Notes under the pieces: model-generated
Database searches by the model: none
What the model was told of the DNA's origin: nothing
Seen by the model: the letters and a program-made list of their open reading frames with translations, nothing else
In this document: in pieces, positions 46,200 to 61,129 of the stretch
Position numbering within the stretch: position 1 is the first letter of the stretch
Layout: each line of letters begins with the position of its first letter
DNA from: the human T2T-CHM13v2.0 reference genome, Homo sapiens
Reading direction: 5' to 3' (one strand)
NCBI RefSeq assembly: GCF_009914755.1
Contig: NC_060930.1
Length of the DNA stretch: 64,000 nucleotides
Program-made: the position numbers and the translations under genes

Positions 46200-46790
46200 A
46201 TATTCATCAGGGTTGGATCAGAGCTATGGACCCACCATGTGTGATGTAGAATAAGGGATCCAGAGGTTCAAACTTTGCCCTTGTTGGACCTGAGGGAGCA
46301 GTTTATGTGCACTGCTGCTGCTGCTTCCTCTAGTATTAAGACTGAAGTTGTTATGCATCAGCCAGACTGGCAGTTGAGAAGAAAAGCTGGTTATGAACAA
46401 GAATAAGAGCAAACTGGAAGCTTTGAGGATGAACTAGTAGTCCATCTGTCTCTTAGCATCTTCAGGCTCATTACCATGGCTGACCTGCAGGAAACTTGCT
46501 GAATTCACCTCAGAGCTGTATACATACTCGCCCAGAGATGGAGAAGACAAAACAGGAAAGAAAGCCAGCAGGATGGGGGGAAGAGGCAGGTCCAGGAGCT
46601 GCCTTTCCCACAAAGCAAGCTTTCCAATTCAGTAACAACCTGTGCCTAGCATCTTGTGGAAACTTTAGTGCACAAAAATTAGAGTTTGCGCTTCATATCT
46701 GCTTTCCAAAAATCATGTACAAATGTCTTTTCTGGTCAGGAATAACCAGAAGTCATATAGAGACAGGGATTCTGAGAAGTTGGCACATTA
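46200..46790. mobile_element. Probable ancient LTR, family uncertain
   Basis: Compositional shift and LTR-like motifs (agggattctgagaa); family not confidently recognised. Confidence 0.35.
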
Positions 46791-47790
46791 TAAGTCACCA
46801 AAATTTTTGTTCTGTAGCTATAAAAATTTTCAAAACAAAAATTGAAAAATCTCTTAATCTTTACCATGCAGTAGAAATCTTCTTCAGCTATTCTAATGTT
46901 TGCAACCTAAATATAAAAATTAGGCTTTTTCACATTTTTATCGTCATGGTATTGATAAATTGCAAAGGATAAGAAAAAAGTCATCTGTCAACTGAAATTC
47001 CAATCTAATTATTTGAAGCTCTGGTTGCCTTTTTTCTACCATAAATAAAAGCTTAAATATAAACTTTCATAGAAATTAATTGAAATAAATTCAAGCCTAC
47101 CTGCCAAAGCAAATAGTTCAACAAGAACCTTTCTTCTCCCTGATAATATAAGCTAGAAATTGTGTATAATGTATGTAGTTCTGTCATTTTTAGAAAGCAG
47201 GACTTAACATCACTTTTGCAGAATAGTGAGTTTGTCTAAACTTCTCCAAAGTTTAAGTGATCAGACCTAAATGATTTCATAAACTGAATTAAATGATTAA
47301 AGTCTCCAAATAAGTAATGAAAATAACACAGTTTTCTTGAAAATTAGAAAAATTGTGAGGAGTGCTCAATCTTAGGTCCATATTAGAATCCCTAGAGGAA
47401 GCCTGGGCCCTACCTCACATGATCACCTGAACCACAGCCTCAGGAAGGCTGAGTCCTTTCATCTGGCATGAGTTGCTAGGAAGTTCACTGGCTATTCTAA
47501 TGTCCACAGAAGGAAGAACCCCTGGAAACCACAATAGGGAAGTGATTTGCTAACGCCCAAGAAGAAAAGTACTACAATTAGGAGTAATAACATGTGTAGT
47601 TGGATATCAAAGAAATTAATTCTAAATGGCTTAGCGAAGAATCTATGGAGGAGAGATAATTTAATTTGGACATTGAAAAACAGGTATAAATTTATCAGAT
47701 GGATTATAAAAGAGACAAACTTTCCTGGAAATAAGAGCCTAAACAAAGGACTGCGGGTAAGAAAATGTAGGAGATTAGAGAAAAAGCAAC

Positions 47791-48296
47791 GTATTAGGTT
47801 TCTCTAGAGAAACAGAATGAACAAGTTTTTTATAGATATATAGAAAGATATTTATTATGAGTGATTACTTCTCAAATTATGTAAGGCAATAAGTCCCAGC
47901 ATCTGCTGTGTGCAAGCTGAAGAACCAAGAAAGCCAGTAATCTAGTTCCAGCCTAAGCCGAAAGGCCTGAGGACCATCAGAGCCAATGGTATATGTCTTA
48001 GTCCAAATCTGAAGGCTCAAGAAGCAGGATAAGTGATGTTCAAGGGCAAAAGAAGATGGATGTCCCAGCTCATGCAAAGAAAACAAATTTCTTCTTCCTC
48101 CACCGTTTTATTCAATTTGGGTCCTCAACAGTTTGGATGATGTCCACACATATTGGTGATGGCTATCTTCTTTCCCAAGTCTACTAACTCAGATGCTCAT
48201 CTCTTCTGGAAACACCTTCACATACACATCCAGAAATGATTTGCCAGCTATCTGGTCATTCATTAACCCAATCAAGTTGACACATAATTAAGTCAA
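47791..48296 (-). mobile_element. MLT2 (ERVL) solo LTR
   Basis: gtattaggtttctctagagaaacagaa..taacccaatcaagttgacacataa; reverse orientation to the LTR at 6233. Confidence 0.88.
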
Positions 48297-48504
48297 GGAA
48301 TCCTATTTTCAGATGAATGAGGAACACGGCGAAATCATAAGGAACCTTGGAACATTCTATTTGGATAGACAGTTTATCTTTACCAGAAGGCAATATTTAA
48401 AGTCAAGAGGAGTATCTAAGATAAAAGCAGAAATTTACTAGAGAAGTAAGCAGAGCTTCTTCATTCTAAGGATAGGGTGAACAGGTTTCGTAAATGAGTT
48501 ATGG

Positions 48505-48823
48505 GGTTGGGCACAGTGGCTCATGCCTGTAACCCCAGCGCTTTGAGAGGTAGAGGCAGCAGGAATGCTAGAGCCTAGGAGTTCAAGTTCAACCTGGGAA
48601 ACATGGCAAGAGCCCATCTCTACAAAAAAAAATTTTTTTTTAAATAGCCAGGCATGGTGGCAGCTGCTTGTGGTCCCAGCTACTCTGGGGGTTGAGGCAG
48701 GAGGATCACTTGAGACGGGAAGGTCAGGATCACCTGAGACTGATAGGTTGAGACTGCAGAGAGCCATGTTCACAACACTGCACTCCAGCCTGGGTGAGTG
48801 TGCAAGTACTTGTCTCAAAAAGA
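48505..48823 (+). mobile_element. AluJ with internal ~24 bp duplication
   Basis: Diverged Alu; aggatcac(t/c)tgagac occurs twice at ~48700-48742; TSD aaatgagttat at 48492-48502 and 48824-48834. Confidence 0.93.
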
Positions 48824-49199
48824 AAATGAGTTATAAGTTATGTCTATATTCCCAAGGATAGACTGACACAGCTGGCCCATAGGCTGGTTGTCTTATTCAT
48901 GAGAAGCCATACATGTATATCCCAGTGCCAGTAGACATAGTATTATTTTGTAGATGTTCCACCACATGAGAAAGGTTAAAAAGCACTGATTTGCCCTACA
49001 CAGCCATCTTGCCTGATCTATAGGGTCAACTGCCTGCCCTTGAAATTCCTGTTCCCTATTAAGCCTAATATTTAAATAGAAAAATAAAAATAAAAATGCT
49101 AATAAAATATACAAAGAGAAAAATGTAGTAAAATAGAAAAGGAGATAAAAATGTACTTTAACAAAATAAACAGTGATTTTTTTATCATCTGTTTTTATT

Positions 49200-50750
49200 T
49201 TTCAAATAAGTAACACATGACAAAAAAAAAAGGATAGAAAAGAATAAATGTTGAAGAGAACTTCTCCAATCAAATCTCCTGTTCTTTAATCACTCAATTA
49301 CTTTTTCTGAAGAAACCACAGTCACTGATTTTTTTTTTTATTTTATTGTTCCCAAGATATGCTGTATATAAGCTGTGCAGAAAAGAGTTCACATGGCAGG
49401 CCTGAGACTACTATACTTAGAAAGACCAACTTGCAAGGTAGGTCATCAGCTAGGGTTTGAAAACTTGGATTTTAGGTATATTGCCACCATACCCTCACTA
49501 ATAAGAGCAGCTTACTGTGCCTAGACTGTGCCAGCAATGTGATTTCTGCTGAATGGACTCCTTCTAGGAGTCTAGCATGACACATGCTAGACAGAGGGTG
49601 CCTAAGTTACAGCCGCCATAAAACCCCTGAGCACTGAGTCTCTAATGAGCTTCTCTAGTTTATAACTCTTCTTAAGTGTTATCACAATTTGAAGCTGGAA
49701 GAAGTAGTACATCTTGCATAATCCCAAAGAGACAAGACTCTGGAAGCCTGTGCCTGGTTTCCTCCATACCTTGTCCTATGTGCCTTTTCCTTTTCCTTAA
49801 TTTGCTTTGTATCTTTTCTTGCAATCAATCATAGCCATGGATATGACCACATGCTGGGTCGCGTGAGTCTTTGTAGCAAATTACTGAAGTTAGAATGGCT
49901 GGTAGAACCCCCCAATACACAAGAATATGCGTGCCGTGCTTTTACACAATGGTAGCATACTCTATTTAATTTTCTGAATCTTAATTTTTTAGGTAGTATG
50001 TTTTGGACATTTTTCTTATTGGTACCTATAGGCCCACATCATCCATCTTAGCAGCTAAGTAGTATTTTATTATAATGAATATACCATAACTTATTCAGTT
50101 AGTCCTTTATTTATGGACATTGGGGTACATCCATTTCTTCACTATTACAAAAACTCTTCAGTGAGTATCTCTGTAAAGGGTTTACTTCTCCTTTGTGTGA
50201 GTAGGTCCATCTGTTTGGAAAACACACACAGACACACACACACACACACACACAAAGAGTAGCATTACCAAGTCAAAGGTGATGTATTTTTTTTATTTTG
50301 ATATCTATTGACAATTTTACCTCTACCATTTTACAAAAATGTCTGTTTCCTTTAGAAATTGCCAACAACATGGTTTACTAAAAAATATTGATCTTCGCTA
50401 ATCTTAAAAGTGAAAAAATGATGTCGCAATTTCAAGAGACACTAATTAATGAGGCTGAGTATCTTTTTATACACAAAAGAAACATTTATGTATTTTTTTC
50501 TGTTAACTTTCTTATGTTTGGCTCATTTTTCTATCATACATTTTAAATTCTTCTCACTGATTCGGATGAGTTTTTTATACATTAAGAAACTTAGCACCTT
50601 TTATGTGATGTGAGTTGCAAATATTTTCCCCAGATGGTTGTTCACCCAGTGTCTTTGTTTATGGTAAATTTTAAAGCAGAAATATTTTATGGTTATGTAA
50701 ATTTTTGTGGCTTGGATTTGTGTCAAAATAGGGGATTTCTTTAGGCAACA
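49200..50750 (-). mobile_element. L1ME-type 3' region interrupted by MER68
   Basis: Antisense L1 3' UTR/ORF2 motifs (tggacattggggt..actattacaaa; gttgcaaatattttcccc); (CA)n at ~50222-50254. Confidence 0.7.
49374..49919 (+). mobile_element. MER68 LTR
   Basis: tgtgcagaaaagagttcacatggcaggcctgagact..ttagaaag matches the recalled MER68 5' end; ends gaacccc..aca. Confidence 0.85.
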
Positions 50751-51489
50751 GTCCTTAAACAATATAAATAAAGCATTTATGTTCTAGACTTTCTGCCTGA
50801 AATATTAAAGTCTCAAAGCAAAAAAACACTGAAATGCACAAACATATATTTAATAGAGAAAAATAAAATATCTTAAATTCTGTTTCAAATACAGATGAAT
50901 TGGCAGCTTTACCTCACATCTGTTTCATGCATTCCTGATCTACCATTAAGAACATTAAGATCCCAAATGACACTTTCTAAGGACACCATATTTCAATTGC
51001 TTTGGCACTAGTACAGAAATAAATCTTAATTTCAGTCTCTAGTTGACATTTCAGCTGGCTATTATAAATTACTTGAATTCTTTTACAAGTGAATTTGATT
51101 TAAAAGCCTCTTAAAAGAAGCTGATGGACAGGATATGACAGTGGCCAACTTCTAGATTCACTCCAAATTTTAGGCATGCATCTGAAATCTCTCAATATTC
51201 ATTTGTTGTGCCTTACAGGAATTACATTTAAGGATAAGAAAACTAAGTGCATATGCCATCTATTTATGTAATATATAATTTGTCTTCAGAGATTCCAAGT
51301 TAAAACACAAAGAAAAAGTAACTTTGTTCTAATAAATTGACCATTCCCCTCTTCCTACTTACTTCCTACTTTCCTTTATTCTTCTACCTCTTTTTCCTCC
51401 TCCTCTCCTCACTCTTTTTCATCCTCCACCTATCCATTCATTCCTTCCTTGCTGGTATTTAGTCAGCCATAACTTAGATAAGAGATAAC

Positions 51490-51690
51490 CCAAATACTGG
51501 GTTTATGTTGAGATCTGTGCTAAGTCATTTACATACATACCACGTGAAGTGTGTTGTATTTATAACCTCATTTTACCAACAAGAAAACCGATGCATGAAA
51601 CTATTAATAACTTGATCAAAATCCCAAAAAAGGGAGGACTGAGATGAAATTCAGCTGTGTCTAACTCTGGCCTATATGCCTAAAACTACT
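51490..51690 (-). mobile_element. MIR SINE
   Basis: cattttaccaacaagaaaaccgatgc..aataacttgatcaaaatc. Confidence 0.6.
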
Positions 51691-52439
51691 GCTATGCTTC
51701 CTGGTGTATTCAAGTGTAATTGTCAAGCAATAGTTTACCTGTTTATTTGTTTTACTCAGGTATTTACATCTTGCTTCTTTCCTCATTACATACAAGCAGA
51801 AACAAAACAAATTCATAAAAATCCAAAGGGGGACATTATCAATATTACTCACAAATACTATGCCTCATGGGAAATGAACCCCCAATTTATTCTGCGTTCC
51901 TCACATAACAGTCACAAGTTTGTGAAATAATTTGGTCATAGTCAAATAATTTCCTATCTCCTTTACCATTAAAATATAATCTCCTGTCTAGCATAGACAG
52001 GATCAGGTCCTCATTAGAGGCATCGTAAAGTTGGGCTAGCTGGCACAAATTCCCAAGTGTGAGCACTCCTGCTTATAACACCAGCCTGACTATTTTAAAA
52101 TGTTTTCTCACTCTCCTGTGTAGCTTTTTATTTTCCCTTCTTCACTTAGCAAAAACCCATCTTCCTGATCCTAACTTTTCTTCCCTCTAACCCTTATTAT
52201 AAATTGCTTTTCCTTGGTCTCTAACCTTGATAAATTAACTAATGCACTGGCTTTGACTAATGGGTTTCACAACAGCCCTTCTCCACTTTCCTAACTTTAC
52301 TTTGTCTAACTTTTTTGGTGAAAATTTCTAACTATATTTAATTTTTTTAACCTAATAAAGTGTGAATCCTAGGTTCCTAAGGAAAGGGTGTTAAGTAGTT
52401 CCCCTTATACCCAGGGCTTATAGAGGAAAGAAAATAACT

Positions 52440-52600
52440 TATGTTGATTCCTATCACATGCTAGGCATTTTATATACATTATTGCAAATCCCATTAAGAT
52501 AAAGACCTAAAACTGAAACTACGACACTTTAAGTAGTATATCCATTGCTACACAGCTAAAATGTAGCTGAGCTAGGATTTGAAACTAGATAATGCTCGAA
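52440..52600 (-). mobile_element. MIR SINE fragment
   Basis: acacagcta..agctgagctaggatttgaaact. Confidence 0.6.
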
Positions 52601-53765
52601 GTCCTTTTTTTAGCTCTGCTCCCCAGGCACATTGCTGCTTTTGTGGAATTCCAAGTACTGAAATCTTGTTTGACTCAGAACTGTGAGCCGTTTGGTCATT
52701 TGTTTGTATTAATTCTTATATTCTAAAAAGATTTAAATACTTCATGTTTTCCTCCTTTTTTTTTCTTTTTTAATCTCTGAACATAGTAGATATTAGGCAA
52801 TTTGATAAACATGTTGAACATTGTCTTTCTGATTTATACAGGGCTTTCTTACGTCTCAGACTAGTGTCTCAGACTATATTACTGTAGGAAGTTTTTTGGC
52901 TCATCATGTTTGTAAAATGTATATAGACATATTAGAATCTCCATTACATCTTTATTTCTCTTAAGTATAAGCATGTACAATACATTTGTTCAAGAGTCAC
53001 ATTAAGAGTTATCAAGAAGTATCTCATTCATTATTTCTAGCTTGGCAGTGTTATAATCTAAGACTTTACATTTTATAATTTACCCACATAGTTTTTTTAT
53101 CAAACAAGAAGTAATGCTGGAATTCCATATAAAGAGGAATTCTTGAATTTAAAGCTCCACCAATAAAAAGATGATAATTGAAATTTGTGATTACAATTAT
53201 CCTAACACCATTTATTCTAAAAACAAATGTATATTTAATAAAATTTTTAAAATTGATCATATTAGAAGTTTGTTGTTCTTAAAATTAAAAATTCTTAATA
53301 TGCAGATAAAATGATTCATGATCGACCCCAAAATTTCAAAAGGTTATCATATAAATTCTGGTTAATAAAATTAATATGCTTAGTGCTAATAACCACACCA
53401 TCTAATACAATTAAAATTGCCCTTCAGAAATCATTATGATTACTGATTCAACATGAAAAGAAATTTATTTTTTTTAGAAGTTGCTGCCAACCTCCTCCAT
53501 AATATTTGGCAAGTGTTTAAGTCATTACAGTAACCTCTACCATGAACAACACAATTTTCATTCAAATGAATGCAGCCTTCGTTGTTTTCTCTCTTTAACT
53601 CAAATTACTATCTTTTTATATCAGTATGTATTTTGGGCTTGGTCTTTTCCTCTAATAGCCGCAGCAATGCAAAACAACAACAGAATCTTCAAACAAGTAC
53701 CCTAAAGTGCCCTAAATTCATCTTCATACATTTCATTATTTTTATTTTGACTGACTTATCTATAA

Positions 53766-54120
<355 letters not shown>

Positions 54121-55124
54121 TGAACATTCCCTGTGCCTCAAATTGATGAGAAACTGCATACTGCCCAAGCATAGAAAACAATTTTCAAACTTAAATGCAT
54201 ATTCCAAGACTTTAAGCCTAACAGTTATTGCCGTAAAAACTTTGCCCAGGATTTTACATCTTACTACTTGAGTAAGGGCACTTCAATTCCAAAATTTAAC
54301 ATTACTGGGCAAATGCCTCTCTTATACGTATATAATTATGTACAGAAAGGTAGGGTATAAATGTTGCGCTATAGTCCCACCAAGAGTTAACATTTAAGAA
54401 AACTTAAAAGCAGTTGAAGTTTGCCTTATACCCATCACGCATCTGCCTTTCAATCTTTCTTGACAGCTACTTTTCCTTCCTCTTACCTCAAATCTTACAC
54501 TGAAGTAATATGTCATTTATCGCAAGAAAAAATTCCTATGGGTGTTTCACTAGAATTTCAGTCAGCGTTTACAGCTCACTCCTTTTGTTTACTACATTCT
54601 TTAATGTATTCCTTGGCAGATGGTAAAAACAAAGTAATTAAGGAATACAGCTTTATTACTGATTATGGATTTGATATTTATGACCAGAAGGTAATTTATA
54701 ATCTTTGATTCTAAATGACATTATCCAAAGCAAATGTTTTATTTACACATTTATTTACACATTCAAAGGCATAGTAACAAGATACGAAGGCGCACTGAAT
54801 GAAAAATATAGACTTGTAAAATGTTGACATTTGTCCCTAATTTTTCATATTTCTAAGTTCTTAGTTAAAAAGTTTAAAGCCGTGAGACTTTTCAAAATCT
54901 CTTTGTTTCAAGAGGCTTTCGAGGCAATTGAAAGAGAAGGAAAAGATGGTGAATAATGGAGCTGCTACATGACAAGACAGTAGGAGAAAAATACTCAGAA
55001 AAAAATTAAAAAGTAAATACAAAATTTGGCTGGAAAAGCCCCCATGAGATCCAGAGGTTTTTTGTTTTTGTTTTTGTTTTTTTTTTTAAAGAGGATCAGG
55101 AAAACAAATTTTACCTATATGAAT

Positions 55125-56112
55125 TTTTACAATTTCAGATTTTATTTTAGATTCAGAGGGTACATGTGCAGGTATGTCACATAGATATATTGCATGATGC
55201 TGAGGTTTGGGGTATGAATGATCCCATCACCCAGGTAGTGAGCATAGTATCCAATATGTAGTTTTGCAGCCCTTGCTCCACTCCCTCTCTCCTCCCTCTA
55301 ATAGTCCCCAAGGTCTGTTGTTCCCATCTTTATGTCCACAAGAAGTCAATGCTTAGCTCCTACTTATAAGTGAGGACATGCAATATTCAGTTTTCTGTTC
55401 CTGCATTTATTTGCTTAGGATAATGGCCTCCAGTTGCATCCATGTCTGTGTGAAAGACATAATTTCATTCTTTTTAATGGCTGTATCGTATTCCATGGTG
55501 TATATGTTCCACATTTTTTTTCCAGTTCACCAGTGATGGTCACCTAGTTTGATTTCATGACTTCGCTATTGTGATACTGCTCCAACAAACATAGAACACA
55601 CATGTCTTTCTTCTAGGACAATTTATTTTCCTTTGGGTATATACCCAGTAATGGGATTGCTTGGTCGGATGGTAATTCTGTTTTTAGTTCTTTGAGAAAT
55701 CTCCAAACTGCTTTTCACAGTGGCTGAAATAATTTATATTCCCACCAACAGTATATAAATGTTCCCTTTTCTCTGCAGCCTTGCCAGCATCTGTTATTTT
55801 TTGACATTTTAATAACAGTCATTCTGACTGGTATGAGATGTTATCTTGTTGTGGTTTTGATTTGCATTTCTCTGACGATTAGTGATGTGGAGCATTTTTT
55901 CATGTTTCTTGGCTGCCTTTATGTCTTCTTTTGAGAACAGTCCATTCATGTGCTTTGCTCATATTTTAATGGCGTTGTTTTCTGTTTGTTGAATTGTGTA
56001 AGTTCCTTATGGATTCTAAATGTTAGACCTTTGTCTGATGCATAGTTTGCAAATATTTTCTCCCATTCTGTAGGTTGCCTGTTTACTCTGATAGTTTCTT
56101 TTCTGTAAAGAA
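55125..56112 (-). mobile_element. 5'-truncated L1PA13-16-type LINE-1
   Basis: Antisense 3' end ttttattttagattcagagggtacatgtgcagg..gatgctgaggtttgggg; ORF 55946-56143 contains [19 protein letters not shown]. Confidence 0.9.
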
Positions 56113-56700
56113 GGTCATAAGAACTAGCCAAACTAAACTCCACACAGTGAAGGTATGGCTGGCTTTGTTTATAAGGAAGGCTACAGGTAGGTTATAATAA
56201 GGTAAATCCATAATATTAACATGGTTATTGGGAAATTTCCAGTAAAAGTTTATAACAGTCATATCAAAATTGAAAGAAACAGTTAGTGGAGTCTTATAAT
56301 ACTTGGGTGCAAGTCTGTTTCTTCCAATGGGTCATGTTATTATAAAAAATGTTTTTATGAAGACAAGAATGCCATTCAGAGGCTCCCAATGATAACAATG
56401 AGAAGAACTGGGGAACTGAAGCTGCTAGAAGGAATAGTGAATTCATTTCTCACTTCAGGGCATGTACTACTAAACGGAATGGCAGACAGAATCACCCATC
56501 TTCTTATTTTCTTTTCCTTAGGGGATTTTATTTTCCTTTTTAAAAAAATTCATTGCTTTGTTGCTTGTCTTGTTTTCCCCAAATGCTTACATATGAATTT
56601 TTGTCAGTATAATACAAAATAATGAGTTCACTCTATGATGGTTGCTTATTGTCTTAGATGAATTAAATGACATTATGAAAAACAAAATAATATAAAGGAT

Positions 56701-57025
56701 TGGAAACCATCATTCTCAGGAAACTATCACAAGGACAGAAAACCAAACACCACATGTTCTCACTCATAGGTGGGAACTGAACAATGAGATCACTTGGACA
56801 CAGGGCAGGGAACATCACACACCGGGGCCTGTCAGGGGGTGGAGGGCTGAGGGAGGGATAGCATTAGGAGAAATACCTAATGTAAATGACAAGTTGATGG
56901 GTGCAGCAAACCAACATGGTGCATGTATACCTATGTACCAAACCTGCACGTTGTGCACATGTACCTTAGAACTTAAAGTATAATAATAATAAAAAGAAAC
57001 TGAAAAATAATAACAAAAATTTAAA
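56701..57025 (+). mobile_element. Short 5'-truncated L1PA5/6-type 3' end
   Basis: ggaaaccatcattctc..ccttagaacttaaagtataataa plus A-rich tail; TSD aata(t/g)aaaggatt at 56689-56701 and 57026-57038. Confidence 0.92.
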
Positions 57026-57349
57026 AATAGAAAGGATTTATGCAGGAAAATTCTTTTTTTCTGGATACTGTGTAGAAAAGAATAAGCTGAGGGTGAAGTA
57101 ACCTTGAAAGGTATCATATCCTTTTTCCACTAAGGCAGATATTTATTTGTACAAGCATCACACAGCAAAAGTTAGAGGAGATCTAGGAGATGGGTTTCCA
57201 TAGGCACTCAGACATGCTGATAGTCTACAACACCAAGATTTTCCTTCATAATGAAAAGAGATATCTTTTATTCCCTCTTAACTCTACTAGAGAAAAAGCA
57301 TAGTTCAAACATGATGATAAATGGCAAGTGGTAATGGGTCTCAGAGTCA

Positions 57350-57560
57350 GAAAGACATTAGGGAATGTTTAAGTAGGTGACAAAGGGAGAGTACCTGCTC
57401 CATCCAAAGAGGGAAGCTCCTACCAAGCAGTAGCAGACAGTTGTGCAAAAAAAGCTGGAAATCCAGGCTTTTGTGAAATCTCTAAATTTCTAAATATTGG
57501 CAGTCAACTTGTGATGACCAACATTGTTCTAGCCAAATAACACACATTTTCAGGCTAAAG
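57350..57560 (+). mobile_element. MER103C-like DNA transposon fragment
   Basis: aagctggaaatccagg..tgtgaaatctc..aaatattggca motif. Confidence 0.6.
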
Positions 57561-58679
57561 ACTACCTAAATTCATGGAATAGGTACAAGGTTGTGAGGCT
57601 GTTTCCAGCAAAACAATTGCAGAGGAATCTCTAACCCTGAATGAAGCTACTTCTGATCCAAGGTGTACTTCCCTGAAAAAAGCACTATCAGAGACAGGGT
57701 CTCCCTAGAAAAGACAATGCCTGTAATCCCTGGCATACTGACCTATCTTCATACAATCTGAACACTCTCCCTTATTCATACCAAATATATTATGTGACTG
57801 TTACATATCAGACAATAGCATCTTCCATGTCCCTCAGATTTGTCTTACTAATATGTATCCCAGGGCAAGAGAACAAGAGAATGAGGAAAAACTAGGTTAG
57901 ATGGTCATGATATACAAAGAGAAGCACCTTAATACTTGCCTGGAAGGGAGACTGTTAATGATGACATGAACTAAGCACAAAGAATTTAAGAGAGCTCAGT
58001 TCTTAAAAACAAGATAATATTTCTAAAAGAAAATTAGAATTGTTATTAGACAAACCATGCGAAAAGCCATCTTCAGTTGTAGCTAATTTCAAGTAGATTA
58101 TAAATTTCGGATTTATGTACTTGCCCTATGTTTCTTATTTTTATTCTAATACTTAGGTATTGTGCTAAGTTGTTGAATTGATTGTCATTGAAAGGGTAGA
58201 TATAAAAAATGATTTTCTCTATCACAATGTAAAATTTTCTATATGAGAACACAAATCCCATGGAAATTGAGGCATTTAAGAAATAAAATTAAAGAAAAAG
58301 AAATATATAAATGTAAAATAACAGCAAGAAAATATAATTATTTTGTCATATTCTAGGTTATATTTCTAACGAAAGCTGCCTTAAGTCCACAATTAGTTTA
58401 AAATCAGAGAACAACCAACCCAACTTTGTATCACAAAAGTGGAGAAGAGACAGACATGGGTACCACCTAACAGTCTTTTAAAAGCCTAAAGACAGGAACA
58501 TTCTACCACTTAATATGGAAGTTTATCAGTTTTAATTGTTCCAAGAGCAGCAAATCTGAGACATTTAAAGAGATAAAGATGAAGATTATGGATACAGTAT
58601 AGGTCCAGAAATATAGACTATGGCATTTCCCACTTAGGCTTATAATGTTAGTCTCAAAGTCTTTATTGAATGTATTTAA

Positions 58680-60640
58680 ATAAAACTTACCCATTTAAAA
58701 TACATAATTTGAGAAGCTTTGGTAATTATAGTCATGTAACCACTATTACAATTGAAATATACTACAGTTTCAGGATTTTAAAAGGTTCCCTCACTTCTCA
58801 TTTTGCACTTAATACCCTCTTTTGACTCCCAGCCATTGGCAACCTCTGATCTGCTCTTTGCCACTCTAGTTTTACCCGTTCTAGATTTTAGATGTATGGA
58901 ATAATACAGAATAATCTTTTGTGTTTATTTACGTGGCACAATAACTTATCTATTTTTATATCTATTAATATGTTGCTCCTTTTCAATTGCTGAGCATTAT
59001 TATTTCATTGTATGAATATATCACAATTTATCCATTTACTGTTTGATAGTCATTGGCTTACTTCCAAGTTTTTTGGGTATTGTGAATAATATTGTTATAA
59101 ACATTCACATACAAGTCTTTATGTAGCATGTGTTTTCATTTATGTTTCATAAATACCTAGGAATGAGACTGCTGGGTCATAAGGTAAATATATTTTTAAG
59201 TTGATAAGAAATTGCCATATAGTTTTCCAAAGCAGTGATATCGTTTTCTATTCCCACCAGCAGTGGATAAGAATTCCAACTGTTCCACATCCTTGCCAAC
59301 ACTTAATGATCTCAGTCTTTTTTAACTTATCCATTCTAATTGGTGAGAGGTGATTGTCTTTTAGTAGCATTAATTTGCATTTGTTTGATGATTAGAGTTA
59401 GTGAATATCATTTCATGTGTTTTATTGGTCATTCATACATTTTTCTTTGAAAAGAATCTGTTTAAATCTTTTTGCCAATTTTATTGGATTGTTTCTTTTA
59501 TTATTCAGTTGTAATGTTCTATAAATATGTGTACGACACATAGCATTTTCCTCTTGTTTCTTTGTCTCATCTGTTTTTGCCCCACAGTCCCTACTTTTTC
59601 TAACTTTTTTTGGCCAAACATTTTATTCCTTCTCCTGGGGTGTGTGTGTGTGTGTGTCATTACCTCTTTATATTAACTTTTAGTGACTTCTTAGGATTAA
59701 GATTTTTAAATTTTAAAATGTCTACTTATTTAGTAGGATGCTATTTTATTTAAAATGCATATATATACACATATATACATATATATTAATATAAACACAT
59801 TAACAATGCACAAAGTGTAAATATGCATATAATCCATATTTATAAAAATTAAAATTTTTAGAGAAAAATTTAAAAGAAAATGTATAGTGTTTCATTTTAA
59901 CAGATACATTTACAATTTCTATGTCTTTCTCTTTCTCTCTAAAATCCAAGTGTCTATCTAGTGTCATTTCACTCAAACCAAAGTACTTCCTTTAACAATT
60001 ATTGTAGTACAGTCTGCTGACCACAAATTCTCTCAATACATGTTGATCTGATAATGGCTTATGTTATCATTTTTGAAGGATCTTTTTTTCTGGATATAGA
60101 TATATGAATTAGCAGATGTGTCTTTGTCTTTTTTAAATTCTTTCAGTATTTAGGAGATGTCATTCCATTATCTTCTTGGCCTCCATTATTTCTGATGAGA
60201 GGTCAACCATCATGCATAAGGAAGGGGTCCAGCATAAAATATGTTATTTTTCATTTTGCTTTCAAAATTTTTCCACTTATTTTTGGTTTCCAACAGTTTG
60301 AACATGAGCTTTCTAAGTGTCATTTTCTTTCTGTCATCCTACTTCGGTGTTACAGAGCTTCTATGTCTATAAGATAATGTGTTTTTTAAAATCAACTTTA
60401 GGGATTTGTTTGGTCATTAGTACTTCAGATTTTATTTCTGCTCAATTCTCTTTCCTCTTTCCTTTGAGGACACCAATTAAATATATCTTAGAACACTCAA
60501 TACTGCCTCACAGTTATATGAAGTTCTTTTTAAAAAAATTTATTTCTCTTTTTCACAATATGTAATTTATATTGATTTGTCTTCAAGTCCAGTGACTCCT
60601 GTTCTGTCTCCAACATGCTGTTAGCCCCACTCAAGTGCAT
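58680..60640 (-). mobile_element. Old L1M (MB/MC/ME) fragments
   Basis: Antisense 3' UTR/ORF2 at 58680-59530 (ttcccaccagcagtggataagaattcca) and ORF1-like sequence at 59900-60640; (TG)n and (TA)n tracts inside. Confidence 0.75.
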
Positions 60641-61129
60641 TTTCATTTTATTACCCAACAGGAAGTCACTGCTTTAACTACTCTTCAACATCCCACAAGT
60701 GTATTTCTTTCATTTCCACACCCATTGTCTTCTTTTTCTGGAATAAAGTCTACAGTCCTTTATAGTAGTCATCAAAGCAAGTTAAATTCCCTCCAAAATA
60801 AAACTTGCTATGAATATTTTAGACCTTGCATATTACATACTACACTATTACATACTATTATGAATTTTCTTATATTTATAGCTGTCACATATGATCGTGT
60901 AGTTTGCACAGTATATAACCTACATGCTCATACACAGTGACATGTCTTACAATTACTTCATGTTTTTATCTTTGCTATCCAATGAGCCTCTAAGTTCCTA
61001 GGGGGATAATATTATATTAATTCTCCAACGGTATTCAGTGAACACTAAACATATCACTATTACTGTTACTCCAACTTCTACTGATACTACATCGTCTACT
61101 GATTCTGCTATTAATTCCTACTTCTAGAT

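Noticed and set aside
46496-46972. 158 aa ORF
   Set aside because: Non-ATG start, no recognisable domain, and it runs from a probable old LTR into AT-rich DNA.
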